A DNA stretch of 64,000 bases from Rhynchobatus australiae. Lineage: Eukaryota. The notes beneath the pieces were generated by a model. It was not told where the DNA came from and ran no database searches. It saw only the letters and a program-made list of their open reading frames with translations. Below, piece by piece: positions 24,840-36,995 of the stretch (its first letter is position 1; every line of letters begins with the position of its first letter). The stretch spans positions 83,211,838 through 83,275,837 of the forward strand of contig JAUZTB010000127.1 of the NCBI GenBank assembly GCA_034780895.1, given 5' to 3'. The position numbers and the translations under genes are program-made.

Positions 24840-25290
24840 ATCTACAAAAATTAAGAATGGCTAATAGAATATTGCCCTTTATACTTAGAGATCTAGAATA
24901 TAAATGGCTAGAAATTATGCCAGACTTACATATAGTTCTGGTCTGAACACACTTTGGGCAATGTAAGCAGTTCTAGGCACCATATTCTGGAGAGAATGCA
25001 GCATAGGTTAAGTGCAGTATAGAGTGAAGATTGGGGTTTAGCCTAAAAATCAGGACCAGATCTTTCGGGAGTGATGTTCTGAAACACATCTATATATAAA
25101 GCATGGTAGAAGTTTGGAACTTCCTTCAGGAAATGGCAATTAATGCTATTAAATTAATCCTTAGTTAATTTCAAACCCAATATTGAAAGATTTTTGCCAA
25201 CAAAAGGTATTACAGATTAAGAGACACATGGATGAGGGTCACAGATTGAATGACAGGTTTGATGTACTAAATGGCAGACTTCTGCTATGC
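24840..25290 (+). mobile_element. Old, heavily decayed CR1 3' fragment
   Basis: Remnants of the 'LYKALVRPHLEY..QFW.P' coding region and a 3' region like tagaagtttggaacttccttc. Confidence 0.5.
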
Positions 25291-26091
25291 TGCAATATNN
25301 NNNNNNNNNNNNNNNNNNNNNNNNNNNNNNNNNNNNNNNNNNNNNNNNNNNNNNNNNNNNNNNNNNNNNNNNNNNNNNNNNNNNNNNNNNNNNNNNNNNN
25401 NNNNNNNNNNNNNNNNNNNNNNNNNNNNNNNNNNNNNNNNNNNNNNNNNNNNNNNNNNNNNNNNNNNNNNNNNNNNNNNNNNNNNNNNNNNNNNNNNNNN
25501 NNNNNNNNNNNNNNNNNNNNNNNNNNNNNNNNNNNNNNNNNNNNNNNNNNNNNNNNNNNNNNNNNNNNNNNNNNNNNNNNNNNNNNNNNNNNNNNNNNNN
25601 NNNNNNNNNNNNNNNNNNNNNNNNNNNNNNNNNNNNNNNNNNNNNNNNNNNNNNNNNNNNNNNNNNNNNNNNNNNNNNNNNNNNNNNNNNNNNNNNNNNN
25701 NNNNNNNNNNNNNNNNNNNNNNNNNNNNNNNNNNNNNNNNNNNNNNNNNNNNNNNNNNNNNNNNNNNNNNNNNNNNNNNNNNNNNNNNNNNNNNNNNNNN
25801 NNNNNNNNNNNNNNNNNNNNNNNNNNNNNNNNNNNNNNNNNNNNNNNNNNNNNNNNNNNNNNNNNNNNNNNNNNNNNNNNNNNNNNNNNNNNNNNNNNNN
25901 NNNNNNNNNNNNNNNNNNNNNNNNNNNNNNNNNNNNNNNNNNNNNNNNNNNNNNNNNNNNNNNNNNNNNNNNNNNNNNNNNNNNNNNNNNNNNNNNNNNN
26001 NNNNNNNNNNNNNNNNNNNNNNNNNNNNNNNNNNNNNNNNNNNNNNNNNNNNNNNNNNNNNNNNNNNNNNNNNNNNNNNNNNNNNNNNNNN

Positions 26092-26435
26092 GATAGGCTG
26101 GGTTTATTCTCACTGGAATGTTGGAGGCTGAGGGGTGACCTTATAGAGTTTATAAAATTAGAAGGGCCATAAATAGAAATAGAATAGTCTTTTTCTCGGG
26201 GCAGGGGAGTCTAGACTTAGAGGGCACAGGTGAGGGGAGAAATTTAAAGCAGTTTTTCACATAGAGGGTGGTGGTTATCTGGAATGAACTGCCAGAGGAG
26301 GTTGAAGAGACCGATACAATTACAATGTTTAAAAGGCATTTGGACAGGTAATTGAATGGGAAAAGCATAGGGGGATATGGGCCTATTACAGGCAAATGGG
26401 ATCAACCTATTTCTGTGATGTACGTTTCTATGAAT
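26092..26435 (+). mobile_element. CR1 LINE 3' end, abuts N gap
   Basis: DRLGLFSLECWRLRGDLIEF followed by the WNELPEEV coding region and a ttctatg tail. Confidence 0.85.
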
Positions 26436-26699
26436 CTCTGAATTATTTACAACTTTACCCTAAGTTGGCTATAAATCTTCAAACAATGTAACTGGAGAAA
26501 TTTTTTAATCTATACCTCCAACAGTTTTGAGGGGTTCAAAAGAGTCTTATATATCTGCTCTCAGTAAGCACTGGGCCTACAGTTATCTTAATAACACATT
26601 ATCTTAATTGGAAGCGATACTATTGAGTATTTGGTATTCAGATTCAGGCACAGCTCCAAAATGTCATAGTTTTATCTGACACTATGTCTCAGTAATGCT

Positions 26700-27733
26700 C
26701 TACTCATATGTCAGGCTGATGTTCATCAACTACAGCTTGGCGTTCAACATAATCATCACATCCAAACTCATCATCAAGCTTCAAGACCTGGGCCTCTGCA
26801 CCTCGCTCTGCAACTGGATACTCCACTTCCTCATCGGTAGACTTCAGTCAATGAGGATTGGAGAGAACATCTCCTCCTCGCTGATCAAAACAGGTGCACC
26901 TCAAGGCTGCATACTTGGCCCCCTGCTCTGCTCTCTATACACACATGACTGTGTGGCTAAGCACAGCTTCAAATTCACCGACTACATGACTATTGTTGGA
27001 AGAAACACAAGTGGTGACAAGTCAGCTTACTGGAGCGAGATAGGAAACCTGGTTAAGGGGTGCTGCGACAGCAACCTTGCGCTCAGCATCAGCAAATCTA
27101 AAGAGCTGATTGTTGACCAGGAAGGGGAAGGAGGGTGAACATGGGCCAGTCTATATTGGGGGATTGGCGGTAGAGAGAGTCAGCAGCTTTAAATTCCTGG
27201 ACATTAACAAATTGGATGACCTGTCCTGGGCCCAGCACATAGATGCAATCATAAGGAAAGCATGCCAGCATCTTTACTTTCTTAGGAGGTTAAATAGGTT
27301 TGGCTTGTCACCAAACACTCCAACAAACTTCTACAGATGTACTGTTGAAAATATCCTGACTGGTTGCATCATGGTCTGGTACAGCAATTTGAATGTGCAG
27401 GAACATAAGAAGCTGCAGAGTAGTGGACATCACAGGCACATCCCTCTCTACCATTGGTAGTATCTACAGGAGGCACTGTCTCAAGGAGGCAATATCCATC
27501 ATCAAGGATCCCCACTACCTGGAGCATGCCATCTTCTCACAGCTACCATCGGGCAAGAGGTACAGAAGCCTGAAGTTGCACACCACCAGGTTCAAGATCA
27601 GCAACTTCCCTTCAACCATTCGGTTCTTGAACCAACTGGCAAAAGCCTATTCACTACAGTTAAGCAACACTGACCACTTGGCACTAGAATTGAGTTTGGT
27701 TCCTTTTGAGTCTAATTGTGTTTTTTCTTGTAA
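26700..27733 (+). mobile_element. Rex1/Babar-type LINE RT (same subfamily as 4150-5730)
   Basis: Overlapping frameshifted ORFs 26695-27138, 27110-27460 and 27393-27794, with [20 protein letters not shown] and QHLYFLRRLNRFGLS...FYRCTVENILTGCI. Confidence 0.9.
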
Positions 27734-28124
27734 GACCCCACCCACCTGGGACATTCTCTCTTCTCTCCTCTTCCATCGGGTAGAAGATACATGAGCCTGA
27801 GGGCATGTAGCACCAGACTGAAGGACAGCTTCTACCCCACCATGATAAGACTATTGAATGGTTCCCTTATACAATGAGATGAACTATGACCTCACGATCT
27901 ACCTTGTTGTGACCTTGCACCTTATTGCCCTGCACCTTCTCTGTAGCTGTGACACTTTATTCTGTACTGTACTGTTGTTTTTACCTGTACTACATCAATG
28001 GATACTGTACTAACTCAATGTAACTGCACTGTGTAATGAATTGATGTGTATGACCAGTATGCAAGACAAGTTTTTCACTGTACCTCAGTACAAGTGCCAA
28101 TAATAAACCAATACCAATTACCAA
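27734..28124 (+). mobile_element. Rex1/Babar 3' end of the (ccaata)n subfamily fused to the preceding copy
   Basis: Near-identical to 12180-12573; tail aataaaccaataccaattaccaat. Confidence 0.85.
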
Positions 28125-29968
28125 TCATTGAATCTCATTCCTTAAACCACTGGACTACATGACTCCCCACCTTACTCAGTTTGCTCCATTTTCTGTCATG
28201 AATCATTCACTCGTCCTGCTGTGCTTCATTATAATGACTCATCAATGGTGCCCATCTCCCAAGCCAGCTGTATCCCAGTTTCCCACTGTCTAGCATCTGT
28301 ACCCTTGAACTGCCATATTTTTCCATTCCCCAGTTTTCCCACTATCTTCCACTCCCTGAATCTTCACTGCTTTTGGCATCCAGCTTGGACTCAGACCACC
28401 GTGGATGTTCCCACCATGTCCCAGGTTCTCTTTGCATAAGGCCATTGGAACTCATTTATCATTTAAAACTTTGAGGTGAATCCAGATTAAATTTCTGTCT
28501 TCAGAACATTTGGAGAATAAGAGTCTGAAGTTGGAATGTTACCTTTGTGCTAACTGCTGGCTTCAACAAAGCAATCTTTATGTTTCATCTAGACTAAGAA
28601 CTTAACACATTTATTTTTACATTGTCAATGTGTCACCCAGATCGGGACTAAAATGTGTTTGAAAGCAGACTGTTTTAGAAACATTAATTCAGGCAATTTC
28701 TGAGAGTTGACTGGAAATGTTTCTGCACTTGAATAAATGTAGTAAGTAAGAGCATGTTGAATAACAATTCCTTAGTTCACCGTTTCTGGCTCACATAGCT
28801 AAGAAATATATTTTTACTGTTTTATGATCGACTGTTCCAGTAATGCAACCCATGGAGTTATAAATGAGTGCATGATTTCCAGTCTTTTAGTGAATGTTCA
28901 CATGTTTTGGAGTTTTCTCTGACCTCTGTGCCTCAGAAGAATAAATTGATATTTTAGCAGACAAACTGTAATGAGTGGCCTCTGACAGTAAATGTTATAA
29001 ATGAGCTTTTCTCACAAGATTCAGAGAAACATTTAAAACAAAATACAATGTAGATCTAACAACTGCTCTGCAGTCCTCTGATCAATAGCATGNNNNNNNN
29101 NNNNNNNNNNNNNNNNNNNNNNNNNNNNNNNNNNNNNNNNNNNNNNNNNNNNNNNNNNNNNNNNNNNNNNNNNNNNNNNNNNNNNNNNNNNNAAGATGTA
29201 TCAGTATATAGAGAGCAATTCATCAACCTACGTAAAATTAAGGGATATACATCTAATATTACACACTCCCCATTTGTTACAATCAGTGTTGTAAAGCTAC
29301 AAGCGTTACGGAGGCATGCGGGTATTTTGAAAAGGAGATGAGAAATTTTAAATACTAGACCACGATCCAATGTAGGTCAACGAACAAGTAACAATGAACA
29401 AATGACATGAGCTAAGACACGTTGAACAGATGTTTGGATGAGCTCGACATTATCGAGGGTGACAGATGGGACACCAGAGAGGTGAGCATTGGAATAGTTT
29501 CCTAGTGTTTGGAATGGTGTGGATCTCAGCAGCTAAGAGTTGAGGCCAGTGTTGAAATGGGTAATGTTATGGAAGTGGAAGTCAGCGTTATTATTCAAGG
29601 TAGTAGATACGTGGTTGCAAGCTCATCTCGGGAGAACAGTCTCCTCTCTCGTGGCTAGCGAACAGAGTGCATGATAGAACAATGGCCTTGGCCTTTCAAA
29701 CACATTCTCAACCCTGACTGTACAAATCAAGGGCTACTGTAGTGTAAGAAGGAAAATATTTATTTAACTGTAGCTTGAGAAATGCAACCAATAAATTAAA
29801 GAACAGGTGTCTGAAATGGAGAAAGCACACACTGGGGAGACTGGAATTGGGGATTGAAAATCACAAAGCCCGTGGAAATGCATGACCTATGCTTGATTCT
29901 GAACAACGGTCATAGAAATTACTTCTGCAAAAAGAGCATGAGCAATTCGTGAGCACAGTATCACTCAC

Positions 29969-30010
29969 CCGATCTGCATTGCTCACAGAATCTGGGACTG
30001 CGGTTCCAAC
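29969..30010 (-). other. Candidate first exon of a divergent minus-strand transcript (5' end uncertain)
   Basis: Consensus donor CGG|GTGAGT (GT at 29968-29967), immediately leftward of the GC boxes; ATG at 29979. Confidence 0.5.
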
Positions 30011-30149
30011 GAGTAACAGGGCGGGGGGGTGGATAGGAGTGGGCGGGGCTAAAGGACGTGGTTCCACGATTGGCCGCTGAGAATCGAATCAGATGACGTA
30101 AGCCCGTGTTTCCGGGCTTCCCCCCTTTGGAGGTCGGAGGTTACTAGCG

Positions 30150-30214
30150 GGCATTGACACTGAGTGGCTAGTTGCTTCAGTCTCGGAGCAGTGTGTGGCG
30201 TGAGGAGACTCAAG
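30150..30214 (+). other. Candidate non-coding first exon of an unidentified plus-strand gene (TSS uncertain)
   Basis: Consensus donor AAG|GTAAGG at 30214/30215 downstream of the CCAAT, CRE and ETS motifs. The exon has no ATG, and the downstream + strand looks T/G-rich, as is typical of introns. Confidence 0.65.
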
Positions 30215-31562
30215 GTAAGGGGGCAGTGGTGCATTGATGTCTTGGGATATGGAGTGTGGACACTTTAGCTTTCCCCTTATTGCAAATAGTGTAAATTTAT
30301 TTCATCCTAATAGCATGATGCAGGTTGAGAGGAAATGTCAGGGGGAAAGGAGCTGCTTCTGGGGAATCGCTGGGTCTTTCAGAGCAGTTTATGCATTGAG
30401 CACCCCATGTAAGATGCCTATTGATGTTAGAAATGTATATAAAGCCGGTCAAGTTTAAGAAGAAATCTGATACGTATAAGTGCACGTCATCCTTTGGCAG
30501 ATCTGCTTTAATTGAGCTTGATCCTGGTCGACTTGTTTACTCCGACCCCAGAAAGCCGCTTTCACTAATCTCTGGTTAAACGGCTGCAGACACTCGCACA
30601 CCCGCCCGATTGGGAACGATCCTGGAGTGAACTAATCCGGGCCACATTCTAAAGTGGAACGTTGTTACACTGCGGCCGAGTAACATAATCCGGGCCACGT
30701 TCCAAACTGCAAGGGCCATTCATTGCTCCCGTCCGGTGCAAGAAGTAGTTAAAAGTAAGCAATGCTCTCACCGTGCGCCTTTATATATGCCTTACAGCCT
30801 TTGTATTGAGAACAGGTAGTTAAAACTTCAAATCCAGCGTGTTACCAGTCTATCTTTGGCCATCTTTTCCTGTTGAAGACGTTACTCTTGCACTGAGTCA
30901 GGGGATGATGAGCTCATTATTTGACATTTTTGAGAAGCGTTCATTGTTTCCCCTCCTTTGCAGTTTTTTTTTTCCGGTTGTAGGCTTTTAAAAGTAACTC
31001 TAAATTGAAAGAAGCTAAATGATGATGTTTTTCACTTCCCACTAAATCTATCAAACTACGTTTAAAATTTCCTTTGTGTTTATTTTCTGTTGCGAATATC
31101 TGTGTATGATTGTTGTTTCTAATCGGGTGTATAAAGCTGTTTATTTAAAAAAAGTTCTTTTTTTCGAATTACTTAGTGTAGAAATCTGGTGGAAGTAATG
31201 GTCCTGTTCCAAAATTTAAACAAACGAACGTTAGCCTTTGGAATCGGAGGATCTTGCAGCAGAGAAGGCCATTCTGCCTTGGTACTCATTGTACCTGTGG
31301 CATCTTTTCAGAAGAGTTGCCCGGTTTAATCTTGCCCAAATTTTTCCTGACAAATCTTGCAAATGAGTTCATTATCCAAATTATTATGGCATTGTAGCTC
31401 AGAAACTGGACTGAAATAATGATATTCAAACAAGGATGCCTCAATACTTTTCATTTTGCACTTGATTTGGTATAGATTTTTAATCACCGTTACTTACAAT
31501 CAAGTACACGTCTAATTGCCATTTTGAAACTTCATTTGACTATTCCTTCCGACATGCAGTCA

Positions 31563-31850
31563 AGTAAGAACAGAAGTGTTAGGGACAGGAGTAAGTTATT
31601 TAGCCCTTTGAGCCTGCTCTGCTATTCATGAAAAATTGCAGCTGATCTATAACCTTGATGCAATTTTTCTGCACTATTCATAAGTTCCCTCTGTCTCCAG
31701 AAATCTATCGATCTCTTATTAAGAGAATTCCATCTCTGAGCCTTTACCACAGCCCTCTGGAGTACAGAATTCCAAAAAACCATCATCCTCCATGTGATTA
31801 AAATTTCTCCTCCTCTCAGTCCCAAATTGCCTACCCTTTAATCTGAGACT
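31563..31850 (-). mobile_element. CR1 3' end fragment
   Basis: taagaacagaagtgttagggacaggagtaagttatttagccctttgagcctgctctgctattca; the minus ORF has VFWNSVLQRAV. Confidence 0.7.
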
Positions 31851-34837
31851 CTACACAGTTTAACTTGTTTGCCTGGTATGAAGGAAATTTTGGAAAACTT
31901 GTGAAATGAAGTATGTATGGAAAATTCGGATGAGAGTTTTTGGGCTGGTTCCAGAATCAGTGGGGATGGGTAGAACATGGGGCTACAGATGAAAGATTAA
32001 ATTGGAGCTTTGGCACAGAAGGCAAGAGAATTGTTTTTGCCTAGAATTATGGGGTTGTGGAATTCACTTCCAGGTTCCCTGGTTGCGATGGAAGCTGCCA
32101 ACATCCATGATTAGATTGGAGAGGGGCAATGGTGAAAGGATGTAGCAAGACTGGATGATGCTGGAGGTAACTCAGCAGGCCAGGCAGTGTTTTTGTTTCT
32201 CATCCAGATGCCAGCATCTGCACTCCTTTGTTTCTCCTGTAGCAAGACTGGGCAGGTTCTCTTCATGTTGATGAGTTAGAAGGATTCTGAAGAATGATAA
32301 CAAACTTATTCTAAAACTACATGATTCTCTCGTCACAGAATTCAGAGTTCTGTCTCTCTACAATTGCTTCAAGTTGCCAGTATTTCTTGTACCATTTTTG
32401 GGTTTTTAGTGATATTACTCTTGAAGCTCAAGTTATTTTTTTAAACATAATACTTGTAAAAAGAGGTGTTCTTGTATTAGTTTGTAATTAATTGGTAACC
32501 AATAATTAGCTTTAATAACTATTATTACAGCTGCATGACCCACAAAATTTGAGTAAATTCTGACACCGTCTTGTAAAGACTTCAGGTTCAATGGTTGCTT
32601 GAAAGAACGGCCAACCATTTCTGATTTTAGGACCAGCTCTTGAATTCCTGGCTGATTGGAATAGTCCATTTTATAAGCATCCAAATCTCATGAGTGGTAG
32701 CATCATAGAAAATACACCTTCTGGTACCTGCATTTGCAGACTTATTTCCCTCTTTGTTTATCTTTGACTATCAGCTATTACTAAGATTTTACACCTGAGA
32801 AAGGAGTTTTAGCTTTTGTCCTGCTTTTGTATCTGGATTCGTCACCTCTTGACTTGTTTTGAACAGGTTGAACTTTGCCTCAGTTGGCAAAGACACTTGT
32901 ATTTTCACAAGAGCCTAGCTTGAGATGATTCACCAAGACTGATAATAGTGGAATGTTAGGCAAGTGCATCAAAGATTAATGCCTTTTTAATTTAATGAAG
33001 CTTGCTCATTGAATACGCAAACAACTTGAGGACTTTGGTATTGTGATTCTTTGCGTGCTACAGCATTTCTTTGTTTATACGTGATTCATGTGCTGGCCTT
33101 TCAAATTATTCCTCTTCCCTTGCACGTAATCCACTGTTTTAGAAGTTTATTTATACTGCTACAAGTCGACTAGTTATGTTACTGTTAACATTTTTTTCTT
33201 GAAAGCAAGTTAACTCCCTTTCCCTTCATCTGACATCAGATGTCTCCTCTAATGTGGCAGCCAAACCTTGTATAGGTGTGACTTGTAATGCAGGAGTTGG
33301 CTCATAGATGTGACGTCTTCAATGGAGGTTTTTATTTGTCTTAATGTTTGTCAATTCTAGCAAAGTGAGCAGAGGTTGGAGCTCTTGAAATTATCATTAA
33401 TGTTATCCGGTTTCTTATGTTCATAAACATCCTATACTAGTGCATCAGGCCATTACCTGGCCCGACAGGTCAAGACTGGCTCTGCACCAACTCGTGTTAA
33501 GCAGCTCTGAACCCTTGAAGTGAATTTAAATGTTCAAACATTAAGTAGAATTTTGGCATTCACAATATAATCCATCGTAAACCAATAAATTTTGCAATTG
33601 TGAAGTTTCAGAGTTGGCGCATGCTGAACTTTTGGTATGTTATAGTATCAAGGCTAGCTGATATTGAAAATCAAGTCAGGCTGTTCAAGGCAAGTAGAAG
33701 CTAATTGGTTGGTCTTTTACTGTGGATGATAAGTTTTTCAATCAAGCCAGAATTTACCTTTTAAATTTATGCCTCAAAACTATACAATTCAAGGTACAGT
33801 TGTTGCAAAGGTTTGAGATGAATGAGAATCTTCTGTGTGTACACTTTTGGAGCTTTATAGGAAATATCTTGGGTTGTTCCTGGTGATTACTTTGAAAATT
33901 TAGGTACAATAATCACTTGTATGTTCTTACCAAATTTTGTTTTGATTGAATTCCACTTTGTTCAGCAACATTAATAGTATATTAAAATTAAATGTGTTCA
34001 GTTTATCTTGATACAGTTTCTGAGCCAGAATGAGAAAAGGTTCAAGCAGATACCAACTAAAAGTTGAACATTTTTAAAAAAACATGGATGAGGATACTTG
34101 AGTCGGGGCCCCATTAGTTCTTTGGCAAGGCAGGAATTTAGAGCACTTTTGCTGAAATTTGTTTAAAAATTGGCTGGATATGAAATATGAAAATGAAGTG
34201 TTTTTTTAATTGTAGCACAGGTGCTGCAATTGGTGCTTCATTGGTGCCTGATCATGGCATTGTATCTTTATTGTGAATCTAGTAAATTAACACATCACTA
34301 TTGTTTCAGCTCGCCGTGACTTTTAAATCTGTGACCTTAAAACAAAATCACTTCTCCTTCAAACTGTAAGAAACAGCAAGTGATTGTCTATATCTAGCAG
34401 TTTCTATAAAGTTGTAAATGGCAAGGTGGCAGTTCCAACCAGTCACTCTGGTTCACTTAAGGTTTGTAGATTAGTTTGTAAATTACCCCTATTGTAGGTG
34501 AATGGTAGAATCTGAAGGATTGACTTGCTCATGGTAACCTAGTAACTCTGTTACTTTTGCAAGTGGAGTATGAACCACAGGTGTTCTTGTAGTGGGGTAT
34601 GTTTCTGCAGGAAAGGATTAATGGTTAAAATGGCAGTACTTTATCTTGCGGAACCACTTTTTGGAATGGTTCACCGAGCAAAATCTCATGCGAGAATAAT
34701 TTACGATTGTAAAATTCCTCTGAAGCCTTTACAACTCCTCAATCCAGTCTGCCATTCAGTAAAGTGTGGCTAATCTTCTACCTTCTCCAGCCTCCCATAA
34801 TATTCTTTGGAAAATGCTATCTATTTTAGAGGCAGAA

Positions 34838-35300
34838 TCAAAGAGCAGTACAGCATGGATACAGGCCCTTTGGCCCATCTAGTCCATACCGACCACGGTG
34901 CCCACCCAGTTTGCCCTAATTTCCTGCGTTCGGTCCATAATCCCTTGAAGCTCTGCCCCTCCATGTACCTATCCAAGTGCTTATTAAATGAAACTACTGT
35001 ACCTGCCTCAATCACTTCCTCTGGCAGCTGGTTCCATATACTCACCTCCCTCTGTGTGGGAAAAAGTTGCCCCTCGGGTCCCTTTTAAATCTTTGCCCTC
35101 TCATCCCAAATCAAAGCTCCCTAGTTTTGGTCTCCCCTAATGGGGAAAAGACTGTAAGCATCCAGCTTATCTATCTATACCTCTCATAATTTTAAACATT
35201 TATAAGGTCACCCATCATTCTCTCAAGGAATAGCCTGGCCAACCTCTCCCTGTAGTTCAGGCTGTGTAGTCCTGGCAACACCCTTAAGTCTTTTCTGCAA
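34838..35300 (-). mobile_element. CR1 (HER1-like) LINE 3' end
   Basis: Minus ORF 34821-35045 reads SIWNQLPEEVIEAGTVVSFNKHLDRYM...WAKGPVSMLY. Confidence 0.88.
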
Positions 35301-35574
35301 CATGATATTTTGGGGATGTCCTATGCCCTGCTTCCACTCCATGCTGCTGAGTGGCACCCCTCAGGCTTCTTGCACCTGGTCTTGAATGTCATCAAGACTG
35401 AGCGTCTTGCAGGCTGCCCACAGAACACTGTACGCAAAAGATGTATTTCACTGTTTTGATGTACATGTGATTAATAAAGAAATCTATCTTCAATCTTGAA
35501 GTAAAAATATAACAAATCCAAAATTCTCTGTATGAAGAAATGTCTATAATTAGTCCTCACACTTTTCATTTCAG

Positions 35575-35905
35575 TATTCATTTCTTTATGGCATAGGAGG
35601 AAGCCTTTCCCAGCCCATGAAGCAGTGCTGGCTCTCAAGCATTCTCTCACTCACTTCCTTGTAATCTATTTTCTCACACATTCCTCTGATTCTGCCCCCA
35701 CCTAGGCTAGAGGTGATTTACAGGGAACGATTAACCTACTGACCAGCAGGTCTTTCAGAAGAGGGAGGAAACATGAGCACCCTGGGGAAACCCATGTGCT
35801 CACATGAAAAGTGTGCAAACTCCACATCAACAGCACCTGAGGTTGAAATGGAACTCTATTGCTGGAACTGAGATACTTGCATTACCTTCACCAGTACTGC
35901 ACCAC
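35575..35905 (-). mobile_element. V-domain tRNA-SINE (HE1-like)
   Basis: gggaggaaacatgagcaccctggggaaacccatgtgctcacatgaaaagtgtgcaaactccaca; homologous to 11433-11748. Confidence 0.7.
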
Positions 35906-36589
35906 CCCAAAGTAGATGAGCCTTTAACTGAAACTAAGAATCCACATTCTAGATTCTGTAGGTAGTGGGGTGGGGGGGGAACCCCACTGAACATGCAGCC
36001 ATTTGAGCATGCTTAGCAGGTCAGGCAGCATCTGTGGAGTTGATGTTTCCAAATAATGACCTATTAGCAAAACTGAATTATTAATCCTGTTTCTCTCTTC
36101 ATAAACATTTTCTCATGTGGTGATTAGTTACAGCTTTTAATGTTTTTACTTCGGATTGCCAGTCTTGCTTTTGTACACTAGCTGCATACTTGACACCCTG
36201 CCTTTGTATTTTTCATCTGATCAGTGGTATCAATTAGCAATATAAATTTATTGCCCCAGACCTTGGGGAGTTGCTGTTATTTCTGGGCAGCCACCCTGCT
36301 TTCTTCCCACGGACATCTTGTGTCTGCTTGCTGAAAAGAGCAGCCTGAGGATCATATCGCAACCACTTGAGATCTGTGTGTTTCTTAACGGTGGTAAATT
36401 GCATTCAGCTGTTCTGAGCTAAACAATTACACATTTAGTGAAAGGCTGTATAGTGTGGCAAGGTGGAAACAACATTGATTGGTTGATGGGGATGCAGTGA
36501 TTCTTGACTGATCTTAATCTTGCCCATTGTTGGTGACTATTGATCTTGCTCTTCTGGTTTTAGATAATAATGAATATAAAAGAACCTTT

Positions 36590-36840
36590 GCAGTGCTTCT
36601 AAAGTGAGATCATTGAAAATTGGTGGTTGTGTGCACAGCATGATCCCACAGGCAGCAATCTGATAAGCGAGAGGATGTTTTGTTTTGGCAGTAGTGGTCA
36701 GGATGATGCAGAGAAACTCTCGGCTGCCCTTAGATTCTGCACTGTGGAATCAGTCACCCAAGGACCTATTGAATGTTTTATCTAAGTGGCTGGATCATCA
36801 GCGGTGCTGCTAAGCGTCAGTTTGGATTTCTGTTCAGTCC
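36590..36840 (-). mobile_element. Deu-domain SINE, decayed
   Basis: tgtgcacagcatgatcccacaggcagcaat...gagaaactctcggctgccctt matches the reverse Deu domain. Confidence 0.55.
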
Positions 36841-36859
36841 TTTTAATTATCTGCACCCC

Positions 36860-36995
36860 TTCCTGTCTCTATAACTTAAAATGCTCGTTTTGTCAATTTT
36901 CTAATTCTGATGGGTCATTGACCTGCACTGTTAACTATGTTTCTCTTTCCACAGATGCCGCCTGACTTGAGTATTCCCAGCATTTTCTGCTTTCA
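36860..36995 (+). mobile_element. Penelope pLTR remnant
   Basis: ttctgatgggtcattgacctgcactgttaactatgtttctctttccacagatgccgcctgacttgagtattcccagcattttctgc. Confidence 0.7.

Larger units (their letters stand above)
29860..30780. promoter_or_regulatory. CpG-rich, probably bidirectional promoter
   Basis: Visibly higher CpG density than the rest of the window. GC boxes at 30019-30026 and 30040-30049, ATTGG (CCAAT) at 30069-30073, ATGACGTAA (CRE-like) at 30093-30101, TTTCCGGG (ETS) at 30109-30116, and a second GC box plus ATTGG at 30601-30613. Outward-facing splice donors on both strands. Confidence 0.8.

Noticed and set aside
25183-26172. Long ORFs of 270-330 aa here and at 52239-53199, 42598-43200 and 9353-10023
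   Set aside because: They consist almost entirely of X from N runs (assembly gaps, many about 100 nt) and are not real reading frames.
29969-29979. MQI start resembling ubiquitin (MQIFVK)
   Set aside because: Only three residues match, the next codon is Gly, and no ubiquitin exon is found downstream on the minus strand.
30054-30073. Canonical ERSE or ERSE-II
   Set aside because: Spacing is N7 rather than N9 and the order is reversed relative to ERSE-II; kept only as a speculative variant.
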